From sequence record MG655270.1: a stretch of DNA of 64,000 nt; one strand, 5' to 3'. Shown piece by piece: positions 48,008 through 56,937 of the stretch. Position 1 is the stretch's first letter, and each line of letters opens with the position of its first letter. The notes under the pieces are model-generated. The model did not search any database and was not told the origin of the DNA. It saw nothing but the letters and a program-made list of their open reading frames with translations. The translations under genes were made by a program, and so were the position numbers.

Positions 48008-48439
48008 ATGGACAACAAGATTCAAGTCGTTATCTTATCGGATGATTCGTATCAGCAACGCTTCCTGTTCCTGGAAGTCCCTGCGCTCGTGAACAACACC
48101 GATACCGACATCACCGTCCGCAAGCTTATTAATGAAGCGACCGCAAAAGGACGCCCTGATTTTAACGTCTCTCTGATCAGTGCAGGGATCGGTATGATTG
48201 CCGGCTCCAATAATGTTACCATGGAATACCAGATCAAAGCGAACTGCTCAGGTGCCGCTGGTGAGATCGCTGAGTATATCCGCACCGTAGGTAACTACGA
48301 GCGGGTACAGGTAGCAACTAAACCCCACATCGCTCTGGCAATGCTACACAACGAAGACTGGGTAGGTAAGCAAACCATCGATCTGATGGATGCAACGCCA
48401 TTCCTGACCATCACTCCAGTTACTGAAGAGACCTGCTAA
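48008..48439 (+). CDS. hypothetical protein
   Basis: GAGGAG RBS. Confidence 0.7.
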   Translation: MDNKIQVVILSDDSYQQRFLFLEVPALVNNTDTDITVRKLINEATAKGRPDFNVSLISAGIGMIAGSNNVTMEYQIKANCSGAAGEIAEYIRTVGNYERVQVATKPHIALAMLHNEDWVGKQTIDLMDATPFLTITPVTEETC

Positions 48440-48440
48440 C

Positions 48441-49394
48441 ATGGCTGAAGTCATTAAACGCTCGCCGGGGATGAATCACCATCCGGCACACCCTGGTATC
48501 TGGGTGCCCTTCGAAAGCTATCGTCTGAAAGACTACTACGACATCAAACTGAAAACCGGTGAGGTGTATAAGTGCTGGTACCCGAACGCCACCGCCTGGT
48601 CACCCCGGGGTGAATTGGTCGAAGGTCAGCCGGGTCGGGTAGAAGATGATGACGTGGTGGAGATCCGCCTGTTACCCGATGAAGAGATCACTGACCGTTA
48701 TTGGTTCAAAGGCGAAGATCGTCTGAAGCGCAATATCGATTTCTTTGGCGATGTGTTGCCGGAAGTGATCACCGCAGAAGATGGCACGGTAACCTTTAAA
48801 CCGATCACCCGTCGCGTGTTTGATGAGTTGGTGACCAGTAGTTGGGATGGCGAGAAAGCGATCTGGCTACGGGAGGATGAGTTATCCGTCGAGGAGCTCA
48901 AGACCAGGCTCTGGAGTGAGAAGGGTGACATCGATCCTGATTCGATACTGGGTCGGTCATTCACCACTTATCTGACACTACTCTGCACCCAGGCCAAGTA
49001 CGAGCTTGAGTTGCTGGAAGTGCCGTGGAAGGGCAGTACGTTCTACATGAACCTGATGAGCGCCACTGACTATCAGCGTGAAGCGTGTCTGAATGCAGTG
49101 GTCAAACTTGAAGAGTTGGCCGCACAGAAGCAGGCTGAGGGGCGTTTACCTTCTACGCCTTGTCGTGGCGTTGTTCCTCATCTGCGTAAACAGCGTGCGG
49201 CGGTCACAGCAGCGGTGCATACATTGGTATCTGCCTTGGATCGTAAAGCGATAGCTGGCGCCAAGCACATGAAAGGTGATCGCTTTGTCACCAAAGGCGA
49301 AGCACGGGTAGTCGATGGTCAGAAACTGACCGGGAAGCAATTACGTAAACTGCAGAAGAAACAACGGAGGGCTGAACGTGGAACAGTCGAATGA
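48441..49394 (+). CDS. hypothetical protein with basic C-terminus
   Basis: 317 aa, operon packing. Confidence 0.7.
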   Translation: MAEVIKRSPGMNHHPAHPGIWVPFESYRLKDYYDIKLKTGEVYKCWYPNATAWSPRGELVEGQPGRVEDDDVVEIRLLPDEEITDRYWFKGEDRLKRNIDFFGDVLPEVITAEDGTVTFKPITRRVFDELVTSSWDGEKAIWLREDELSVEELKTRLWSEKGDIDPDSILGRSFTTYLTLLCTQAKYELELLEVPWKGSTFYMNLMSATDYQREACLNAVVKLEELAAQKQAEGRLPSTPCRGVVPHLRKQRAAVTAAVHTLVSALDRKAIAGAKHMKGDRFVTKGEARVVDGQKLTGKQLRKLQKKQRRAERGTVE

Positions 49395-49686
49395 AGAAAT
49401 CAAACTGATCAGTGGTGATGAAGAACGTGGCGAAGCTTCGTATTTAGTCGAAAGTGAATACGAAGCCCGTGACGCGTATCAACATTTCATTGAGCACTAT
49501 ACTGGCGATTCAATCACCGATGGCGAAGATCAGTGGCACACGGTTGCCAGTGAAGGATTCCTCAGTGACCTTGACTATCCGGTGATTGTGATCTTCTACA
49601 TCAACTGGGATCATGCTGACCGTCACGAAGTGAAGTCCGTTCCCGTCAATGGTTTGAGTGCGCTTGCGCCTCATCTGTTCAAATAA
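49378..49686 (+). CDS. small acidic hypothetical protein
   Basis: Overlaps upstream stop. Confidence 0.6.
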   Translation: MEQSNEEIKLISGDEERGEASYLVESEYEARDAYQHFIEHYTGDSITDGEDQWHTVASEGFLSDLDYPVIVIFYINWDHADRHEVKSVPVNGLSALAPHLFK

Positions 49687-49711
49687 GTTCCATTAACCCA
49701 AAGAGGTAATT

Positions 49712-50005
49712 ATGTCGTTCACACTGTCAAAGAAACTCGTTCCTGTTCTGCTCACCGCGAAAGACGGCCGTAAGTACGCCGTTGTTAATGGCGGTAACCG
49801 CGCCAAGCTGACCCTCGGCTTTGATGACGGGATCAGTCAGGAGGTTGCTGTGCCTTCTGAGCAGATTCCTGAAGAAGCGCGCACCAACGGCACCAAACTG
49901 TATTTCGATGCAGAAGGTGCGGTGACGGGCTGGGATGCAGCACCGGGTGGAAAGACGAAGTCAAGCACGACTGCCGGATCAATGACCATGCGTCGTCCTG
50001 GCTAA
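49712..50005 (+). CDS. hypothetical protein
   Basis: GAGG RBS; followed by a terminator. Confidence 0.7.
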   Translation: MSFTLSKKLVPVLLTAKDGRKYAVVNGGNRAKLTLGFDDGISQEVAVPSEQIPEEARTNGTKLYFDAEGAVTGWDAAPGGKTKSSTTAGSMTMRRPG

Positions 50006-50013
50006 ACCATCAG

Positions 50014-50039
50014 GGGGAGGGAAACCTCCCCTTATGCCG
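50014..50039 (+). terminator. hairpin plus TTATGCCG
   Basis: GGGGAGG-GAAA-CCTCCCC. Confidence 0.75.
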
Positions 50040-50051
50040 TATGGAGGGGTT

Positions 50052-50582
50052 ATGAGTTTATTGATCTACACTGACGGGCTGTTAATCGGTGATCGTCGGG
50101 GAACACGTAATGCAGAGCATGAGCGATTCATCCGTGACATGAAGAAGACCCATGTTTCGAAATGCAAACGCTTAGCGTTAGGGGTGGTAGGGGAAGAGAT
50201 TCATCCAACAGATCTGCCAAAGGTGATGACCTTCTTTATTAACTCGCTGACCGATCACTATCACCGTGAGCATGATGTGGGCTATGCCCACAGTTATAGC
50301 GAAGAAGAGTCATTGGTAGCTGGCCTTGAGAATCGTCGTTTTATCCTGATGACAGCTGACCGGGCGTTTATCATTAACTTCGGCTCTTTGACTGAGATCA
50401 CTCACGAGCCCTGGTATTGCTCAGGTAACGGAATGGCGATGGCCGATGTCTTTCTGACTGCAGGGATGTCGCCAGGGAAAGTAATTGAAGCGGTAGCCAA
50501 ACTCAATCTGGAAGTGGGGCATTCATTTACCCGTGTCGAACAGTCTCGCTTAAAACCCTTGATTAAGAAGGTGGAAGAATGA
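50052..50582 (+). CDS. Ntn-hydrolase / HslV-proteasome-beta-like protein
   Basis: M-S-LLIYTDGLLIGDRR N-terminus and CSGNG.A.A...AG.S...V..V pattern of phage Ntn peptidase-like proteins. Confidence 0.55.
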   Translation: MSLLIYTDGLLIGDRRGTRNAEHERFIRDMKKTHVSKCKRLALGVVGEEIHPTDLPKVMTFFINSLTDHYHREHDVGYAHSYSEEESLVAGLENRRFILMTADRAFIINFGSLTEITHEPWYCSGNGMAMADVFLTAGMSPGKVIEAVAKLNLEVGHSFTRVEQSRLKPLIKKVEE

Positions 50583-51097
50583 GTGGCATATTCGCAGCCC
50601 AAGGACGTAACCTGGTGTTTCCTACTCAACTGGAGAAAAGGAGTGGGCTTTACTACACCCCGCCTCCTGAAGCGTGCTGGATGCCCTGGGGGCGTTACTT
50701 CCCACTGTCAGCAACCAGCTTCAATATCCTCGAGCATTTCATGACCGGAGAAGATCTGCCACGGGAGAGTTCATACTCGACGCACGTGCTCGGTATTCTG
50801 GTCACACCAAACGGACTGATCTACGAATACATCAATACCGTTGAAGGGATTAGACGGCGGGTTGTTCCTTTGGGTAAAGGTGCAGTGTATTGTCGCTCCG
50901 ATGATCCATTGCTGGAAGAAGCTATGACAGCAGCGATGGTAGTCCATGACCAGCTGGTTGACGCCATTACACTGGTAGGGAAGTCCCGCAAACTGATGAC
51001 CCATCAGTACAAATATACAACACTGGACAAAGTATATGCGGAAATAAAGGAACGTAAAATTGTCCTGCAACCGCCCACGAGGAATAATCTAATTTAA
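50579..51097 (+). CDS. hypothetical protein, possible degenerate partner of the Ntn-like gene
   Basis: ATGA overlap; similar size and C-terminal helix pair. Confidence 0.6.
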   Translation: MSGIFAAQGRNLVFPTQLEKRSGLYYTPPPEACWMPWGRYFPLSATSFNILEHFMTGEDLPRESSYSTHVLGILVTPNGLIYEYINTVEGIRRRVVPLGKGAVYCRSDDPLLEEAMTAAMVVHDQLVDAITLVGKSRKLMTHQYKYTTLDKVYAEIKERKIVLQPPTRNNLI

Positions 51098-51122
51098 CCC
51101 CTGTTTATATAGAAAGGAAAAT

Positions 51123-51569
51123 ATGAACAACTTTATTAACGATGCTTTAGATATCATTGAACTTAACGAAAGTAGTGCACGTACTGAACTCTGCCGCAAG
51201 CAGGAAGCTTCGTTACCGGCCTATATTCTCAAACTGGCGACCCGACTGGCCAAGAAGATTGCCTATGCAGTTCGCTTAATGGAGAAACGCGATGAAGGGT
51301 ATGTTCGTCTTGGTACTTATAGCGATCGCTGGTTACTCTGTTTTGGTGACCGCATCAGCCGTTATGGCATGCATACGTCGGGTAAGCATGCGCTCTATCT
51401 TACCTTGGATTGGGCTACTTTTATCCGTGACCATAAGTTATTTGACGTGGCAAATCACCTACTTCAATTGGCTCTGGGCAAGTTGCTTCCTGGGCATTGT
51501 GTGTTACTGGGCGGTGAAACACCCAAACACGAATTCGAGTTCGTGATCTGCAAACAAACAATAAAATAA
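51123..51569 (+). CDS. hypothetical protein, paralog of 51581
   Basis: L.W..FI.D..L...LL...L..L.P...VLLG. Confidence 0.7.
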   Translation: MNNFINDALDIIELNESSARTELCRKQEASLPAYILKLATRLAKKIAYAVRLMEKRDEGYVRLGTYSDRWLLCFGDRISRYGMHTSGKHALYLTLDWATFIRDHKLFDVANHLLQLALGKLLPGHCVLLGGETPKHEFEFVICKQTIK

Positions 51570-51580
51570 GAGAGGGCGCC

Positions 51581-52000
51581 ATGCCACAGCGTGGTACAAC
51601 ACCGAGCTTTGCAGAATTCACACAGCAAGAACTGGCAGAGAAGGTAATCCCGATACTGCCAGATTACTGTAACCGTCTTTGTGGGGTCATGATCAGCACA
51701 TGCTTTGCGCATCGCGTGGGGCTTACTGACAAATCTGTACTGCGTTTTGCTGAGTATCACTTCAACCCCACACCCGACCTAGCGCGACAAACAGACTGGT
51801 CGGTGGAAGTGCGAAGTGAGCAGTGTGTGGTTTATGAACTCAACATCCCCAAGTTTGTCCATGAGGCTGGATTGGTAAAGCAGTTTTTAGATATCCTCTC
51901 CAGCCATCTTGAACTTTATTTCACTGACAGTAAGGTGCTCCTCGGTCATGTACTCCCGCCGTGCTTCCTTACTATCCGCATTGAGAAAACAACACCATGA
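51581..52000 (+). CDS. hypothetical protein, paralog of 51123
   Basis: LNIPKFVHEAGLVKQFLDILSSHLELYFTDSKVLLG. Confidence 0.7.
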   Translation: MPQRGTTPSFAEFTQQELAEKVIPILPDYCNRLCGVMISTCFAHRVGLTDKSVLRFAEYHFNPTPDLARQTDWSVEVRSEQCVVYELNIPKFVHEAGLVKQFLDILSSHLELYFTDSKVLLGHVLPPCFLTIRIEKTTP

Positions 52001-52764
52001 ATCTTTATCTCGTCTCTGACAGTCGTTATACCCCGCCAGGTGATTTCTACAACAACTGGTTAGTCCACGCTAATAGTCGTGACAATGCCGCGATGTTGTG
52101 TAATTCACGTTGTCTGGTTGATACCTTTGAGATCGGTAGCCTGAACTACAACAACGGCGAACTGATCATGATGCACAAGACCGTCCAGCACACGGATGAA
52201 CCGCGTCTGAAGCAGAAGGTTGGTGATGCACTGTATTATCCTTTAACGGTATCACCTGACAGCAGTGCCTTTGACCGTATCATTGGTGAGATCGTGAACA
52301 AAGCCGCCTCTCCGTTACCGGAAGGTGTCTCTGTCGATCGCCTTCTCATCAATGCTGACAGTCCTGAAGCGCTGTTCTTTATCTCGCGCCATGACTTTGG
52401 TAGTTCGCGTTGTTACTACAAAATCCCCAGTGAACTCGACAGCCAGATCTCTAAACTGCTGGACTTCAATAAAGGCGAGCGTATTCCCCGTACGTCCCAC
52501 GAACCGGTCGTGCTCTCCTGGCGTAGTCGACTGTCCCTCATGATCGCGCGTCAGCATGATGATGCGTACAACCATGAGAAGCTGGAGATCTACCGTAAAA
52601 TGGCATTTGATCTGGTAGCTGCTGCGACTGACCACGAGAACGCTGCACTCGCGATACTGGACCCGGACCAACCCGAATTCAAAGTCTGGATGCCCGGGAT
52701 TGATGAAGAGAAGATCCATCAAGCGCTGGATGCGTTTGGTGCACCACGTCAGTTAGGGGAATAG
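51997..52764 (+). CDS. hypothetical protein
   Basis: ATGA overlap. Confidence 0.7.
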   Translation: MNLYLVSDSRYTPPGDFYNNWLVHANSRDNAAMLCNSRCLVDTFEIGSLNYNNGELIMMHKTVQHTDEPRLKQKVGDALYYPLTVSPDSSAFDRIIGEIVNKAASPLPEGVSVDRLLINADSPEALFFISRHDFGSSRCYYKIPSELDSQISKLLDFNKGERIPRTSHEPVVLSWRSRLSLMIARQHDDAYNHEKLEIYRKMAFDLVAAATDHENAALAILDPDQPEFKVWMPGIDEEKIHQALDAFGAPRQLGE

Positions 52765-52781
52765 CCTATTAGGAGCTGTTT

Positions 52782-53372
52782 ATGGAGAGGATAACATTAG
52801 CTTGGCTAAGAGCTAATCAAGGAAGGAAATCTCTGGAAGATCGTTTGTTTCAATTCGGTCACGTTTATAGTGAGAGAGATTCCTGTTTCACCTGGCGTGG
52901 GATGGTGGATAATTACGGCTACGGAAAGATAAAGGTTAAAAGTAGATTGGTGGGTGCACACAAACTGTCTTATCTGCTATTCAAAGGGGATATTCCAGAA
53001 GGTATGGTAGTTAGACACACGTGCGATAACCCAGTCTGTATTAACCCCTCTCATTTAATCGCGGGTACGGTAAAGCAAAACGTTCATGATGCAATAGCAA
53101 AAGGCCGTGCTTCTTTTCAGAATGCTATCAATTCATCGGTATGTAAGTTTCTGCCGGCCAACGCTATTATTATGGTAGATAGAAAGATAGGCCCACTACT
53201 ATGTTATGCAACAACCCGGCGATTAGCCCTTGCTGATAATTCTAAAGTTTACTGGGGTCGTCCGTGTAAGTCACACGGCATGCCTTGGAGAAGAACCAGT
53301 AATGGCGAATGTGTCTATTGCAGGCACGAATACCGAGCAGGTGTGAAGTATACACCTAATGGAAAGAGGTGA
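52782..53372 (+). mobile_element. free-standing HNH homing endonuclease gene
   Basis: CFTWRG..YGYG..AHKLSY..VVRHTCDNPVCINPSHL..GT..QN HNH motif; C-terminal GRPCKSH..R..GECVYC; visibly more AT-rich than flanks. Confidence 0.9.
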
Positions 53373-53525
53373 TCCCTTTATCTTCCGCGGGTGAGGGTTA
53401 GAACCCGGCTGTGGCCGCATAGCCAAAGTCGGTTAATCAAAGTCGACGGATTTGGATTACCCGGCGTGACTTGTCATTGTTTCACTTTGTTCCACTACAC
53501 AAACAGCTCAACTCTCTCATAATTC

Positions 53526-53556
53526 AAGGGGTGGGGTAACTCACCCCTTTATGCCG
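53526..53556 (+). terminator. hairpin plus TTATGCCG
   Basis: AAGGGGTG...CACCCCTT. Confidence 0.7.
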
Positions 53557-53571
53557 CAAGGATCTATTATC

Positions 53572-53904
53572 ATGCAGGAATTCTTCAAAAGCTACGGCAC
53601 GTACTTCTTTGATGTACTCATGTTTATCATGGTGTTCGCCTGGTGTTTCTGTGGCAGTGGCGGTACACGTCATGACAAAAACAAATGGTTGCGTTACGGC
53701 GCACCTGTTGCACTTGGTCTTTTTGTTGTGCTGGTCGTCCACGGGTTTGGTGCATTTGATCGTTATCTGGAAAGGAATAAGTGCGCTGACTTACCAATAG
53801 GTGTCGGCGTAATGATTGAAGACCGCTGCTACAAGCGCGTTGATGGACCCGTGTACATATCCGCCGACAGTACCGTGTACAAGGAGAGCAATGTACATGA
53901 CTGA
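53572..53904 (+). CDS. small two-TM membrane protein
   Basis: Two hydrophobic helices; AAGGA RBS. Confidence 0.7.
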   Translation: MQEFFKSYGTYFFDVLMFIMVFAWCFCGSGGTRHDKNKWLRYGAPVALGLFVVLVVHGFGAFDRYLERNKCADLPIGVGVMIEDRCYKRVDGPVYISADSTVYKESNVHD

Positions 53905-54100
53905 TTTGTGGTTGTACATTGCAATCTTTCTGCTCTGTTATATCTGGGCATTCTTCGGTCTTCCACCTACCGGTAATAAAAGAAAGCTTTATCTGTATCC
54001 GGGAATCGTTGCAGTAGCGTTCTGTTTAGGTGTAATGGCGATTAAGAACTGCAGTGATTCAACCACACGATATCAACCGCTGTACAACGTGCATCAATAA
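53897..54100 (+). CDS. small two-TM membrane protein, likely paralog of 53572
   Basis: AAGGAG RBS; same topology. Confidence 0.65.
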   Translation: MTDLWLYIAIFLLCYIWAFFGLPPTGNKRKLYLYPGIVAVAFCLGVMAIKNCSDSTTRYQPLYNVHQ

Positions 54101-54103
54101 CGG

Positions 54104-54131
54104 GAGGAGGCTTTGGCCTCCTCTTATGCCG
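54104..54131 (+). terminator. hairpin plus TTATGCCG
   Basis: GAGGAGGC-TTTG-GCCTCCTC. Confidence 0.75.
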
Positions 54132-54201
54132 ACTATTCTTTTTTGGTTATTTCCTACATCTACCCGCAAATCATTTAGCCCATTATACACTGGAGTTATT
54201 C

Positions 54202-54756
54202 ATGGAAAAGATTACGAGTGATACGATCCTTGCTAAGTTACATGAGGTGGCAGAAACAAACAAAGAAAACCAACATCGGAAACTCCGCTCAATAAGCCAA
54301 ACCATGGCGTACAACATTGAAGCGATAGTCGAGTTGATTGCGTTATCGGGTGAGATGCACCTTGATCTGCTTGATCGACGCAAGGTTGATGAGATCATAG
54401 AGCCGCATTACAAAGGCAATCAACGGGCTTATAGTCGACTGAGTCATACCGCCTCTATTCACACGGGGATGGAGTACCTTGCCGGCAACGCGCACATCTA
54501 CACCAACAACGAGGGTAAAGAAGCGGTACGAATCGTCTGTACCTTTAAGTTTAAACGCGACTTCCTGCAACCTAGCTTATTACCTAAGGTACTTCACTAC
54601 TGTCTGCAGGAGCTTCAACCGCAGTTTGATGATGGCGGCAGTAGCGTCTTCTTCCACACACCGGGTGAGTTAGATAATCCCCGTCTTAAAGCCATTCCGG
54701 GCTGGCACGTCGACGCTAACGTCCGTGATAACTCCATTGTCATTAGTTTACGTTAA
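54202..54756 (+). CDS. hypothetical protein
   Basis: GGAG RBS. Confidence 0.7.
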   Translation: MEKITSDTILAKLHEVAETNKENQHRKLRSISQTMAYNIEAIVELIALSGEMHLDLLDRRKVDEIIEPHYKGNQRAYSRLSHTASIHTGMEYLAGNAHIYTNNEGKEAVRIVCTFKFKRDFLQPSLLPKVLHYCLQELQPQFDDGGSSVFFHTPGELDNPRLKAIPGWHVDANVRDNSIVISLR

Positions 54757-54766
54757 GGAACCAAAC

Positions 54767-55477
54767 ATGATCGTTGTTGTTGTTGATACTGAATCGACTG
54801 CTTTGGATGAGCTCGCGGGTATTCTGAGTTTGTCCGCTATTCGCACTAACGTGGCTGACATGAGTTGCATCAAGCACCTGATCGGCGTGCACCAAGCCGG
54901 CAAGACGCATGACGACATCTTCCATGCCGTATTGAACCTTAATGAACAATACGTGATGGGTCGTACCTTCTTGCAAAGCACCCAGGATTGGTGGATGAAG
55001 AAAACCACCCCGGCGGCGAAGGCTTCAGTAACCGGACCAACACAGTCTGCAAAAGATGCTTTGACAGCATTTGTGGTTTTCATCGAAAAGGCCATTGAGG
55101 CGACGATTAACGAACGCGGGGAGAAAGCGAAGGTCCAGCTGTACTACCGTGGCGACTTCGATGCTAAAGCCATTGCGTCCCTGGCAAAAGCGGTGGGTGT
55201 TGAACTCCCGTATATTTTCAATCAGAACAAAGAGATCCGCACATATATCGATGCCAAGCTGGACACGGATATCGGTTATATCCCGTGGCTCGGTTACCCA
55301 GAAGGACTGGGGCGTCATAGCTCACTCGATGATGTTCTAATCGATGGCTTCGAGATGGCGGTGGCCTATCGCATCAATCACCTCGAAAAGTTCGATAAAA
55401 AGTCGGTGCCGGGCGAGATCGCCAAACTGAAAGAAACGTACCCTGTTCCGGAGAAAACCCATGCAAAATCTAAATGA
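54767..55477 (+). CDS. DEDD-family 3'-5' exonuclease (ExoVIII / Rv2179c-like)
   Basis: VVDTES (ExoI), RGDFD (ExoII), HSSLDD (ExoIII) motifs. Confidence 0.8.
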   Translation: MIVVVVDTESTALDELAGILSLSAIRTNVADMSCIKHLIGVHQAGKTHDDIFHAVLNLNEQYVMGRTFLQSTQDWWMKKTTPAAKASVTGPTQSAKDALTAFVVFIEKAIEATINERGEKAKVQLYYRGDFDAKAIASLAKAVGVELPYIFNQNKEIRTYIDAKLDTDIGYIPWLGYPEGLGRHSSLDDVLIDGFEMAVAYRINHLEKFDKKSVPGEIAKLKETYPVPEKTHAKSK

Positions 55478-56183
55478 CCGTATCTTTGCCAATTATGATG
55501 GTTACATTGAAGCTATTGATGCGCATTTTAAACCTACCTATCAACTGCAGCTGGCTGAGCAAGTCATCCCGGGTGAGCAGATGGATAAGCTTGTAACCTG
55601 GATGGACCACAACGCCCATGTCAAAGGTGCGACGGTCTACCTGATGGAGTTGGTGCCTGATCTCGATAAACCGCATCCTGCACAATCAGAGATGCGTGTG
55701 TTTATTGCACTCGGTATGTTTAATCGTGAAGTCAACCCTGATTTGCCTTACTGGTGTCATGTACATCGCCATTACCCGGTTAACCTCGCTGTCGACTTGA
55801 TTGTTACTGACCTGCAAGGCGTTCCTGTAACCCATGCCGTTCTGACTGCGTTTAAGTCATTTGATCGAGCGCGTACCTACAGGGATAATCTCGGCGGCAA
55901 AGGTGGGCATCAACCGCATCACGAAATCCATACTGGCATTATTGACCAAAGTGGTAAGGTGATCTTCGAAGCCTACGGGAATATCAACTGGCATACCAAG
56001 AATGCCATTCGCCTGCTGGCTGAACGACAGATTTTGCAGGAAGATACCGAGTTGTCAGCGGTGTGGTTACTGGCGGGTTTAAAAGCGGGTGTTAACTGGA
56101 AAGTCGAAGACCATGTTGACATCATGAAAGCAATCGATACTTTCCGTCCGAGGAATACCCATGATTTTAACGGCTATGTTTAA
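55461..56183 (+). CDS. hypothetical protein
   Basis: 240 aa, overlaps neighbours. Confidence 0.7.
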   Translation: MQNLNDRIFANYDGYIEAIDAHFKPTYQLQLAEQVIPGEQMDKLVTWMDHNAHVKGATVYLMELVPDLDKPHPAQSEMRVFIALGMFNREVNPDLPYWCHVHRHYPVNLAVDLIVTDLQGVPVTHAVLTAFKSFDRARTYRDNLGGKGGHQPHHEIHTGIIDQSGKVIFEAYGNINWHTKNAIRLLAERQILQEDTELSAVWLLAGLKAGVNWKVEDHVDIMKAIDTFRPRNTHDFNGYV

Positions 56184-56925
56184 GAAGTGCTTTGGTGCGT
56201 CGTCTGTCTATAAAGAAGATGACGGCAGTACACGCATTACCGCTGACCAGTATGAACTTACGCTGGGTCGATCCTACCATCCTAAGCTCAAGCGTAAGGT
56301 GGGTCGGGGATTTGGCTTCTATGTCGAAAATGGCGAGAAGCTCGAGTTCGTCTTGCGGGGTTACTGGTTTGTGTTGATCGCCTGGAGCAAGAAGCGCAAA
56401 TCACTCAATTGGGACGAAGCGGAAAATGCACCGACCTACGGCTTCAATGTTGTCGACTCTGACTTAGCGATCTATCTCGGCAATGAATCCGCTAAGTCAG
56501 ACAAACACATCAGCATGCGTAGTCGTAGCAAATACATCCCCCTGCCCTGGGCCTGGACCTTCCATAAGCGTGAAGTGTTAACCACCCGTGATACCTGGGT
56601 TGATGTCAAAGAAGGTGCGTTATCTCAGGAGTGGTCGTTCCCCGCCACATACGTCACCAAGCACAATGAAGTGCAAGAGATGATGATCGAAGCGAAGATG
56701 GAGCGCATGACCTGGCGCCTGGCATGGCTCCCTTGGTTCGCACCGGTTACCAAGAAAGACCGCTCGGCGAGTTACAAGTACCACGGGAACGGTGGTAACG
56801 GGGTTGGTCACGATGCCAGTGGGTGGAAAGGCGGGGTCATCGGTGGCGGGGTCATCATGCGAGACAATGAACACAACCCGAAAGAAACATTCGACCGTTT
56901 AATTAAAGAGCAGCATTACGGCTAA
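56161..56925 (+). CDS. hypothetical protein, aromatic-rich
   Basis: 254 aa, operon packing. Confidence 0.7.
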   Translation: MILTAMFKKCFGASSVYKEDDGSTRITADQYELTLGRSYHPKLKRKVGRGFGFYVENGEKLEFVLRGYWFVLIAWSKKRKSLNWDEAENAPTYGFNVVDSDLAIYLGNESAKSDKHISMRSRSKYIPLPWAWTFHKREVLTTRDTWVDVKEGALSQEWSFPATYVTKHNEVQEMMIEAKMERMTWRLAWLPWFAPVTKKDRSASYKYHGNGGNGVGHDASGWKGGVIGGGVIMRDNEHNPKETFDRLIKEQHYG

Positions 56926-56937
56926 GAAGGAAAACAC

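Noticed and set aside
52782-53525. Group I intron carrying the HNH
   Set aside because: Flanking genes look complete with their own stop and start, and I could not identify intron core elements.
46553-53571. ORF-track starts MPG (46553), MPY (50034) and MPQ (53551) at the ATG of the TATGCCG motif, in frame with downstream genes
   Set aside because: Better RBS-supported starts lie downstream, and other copies (e.g. 47572) are out of frame, so this is probably coincidence.
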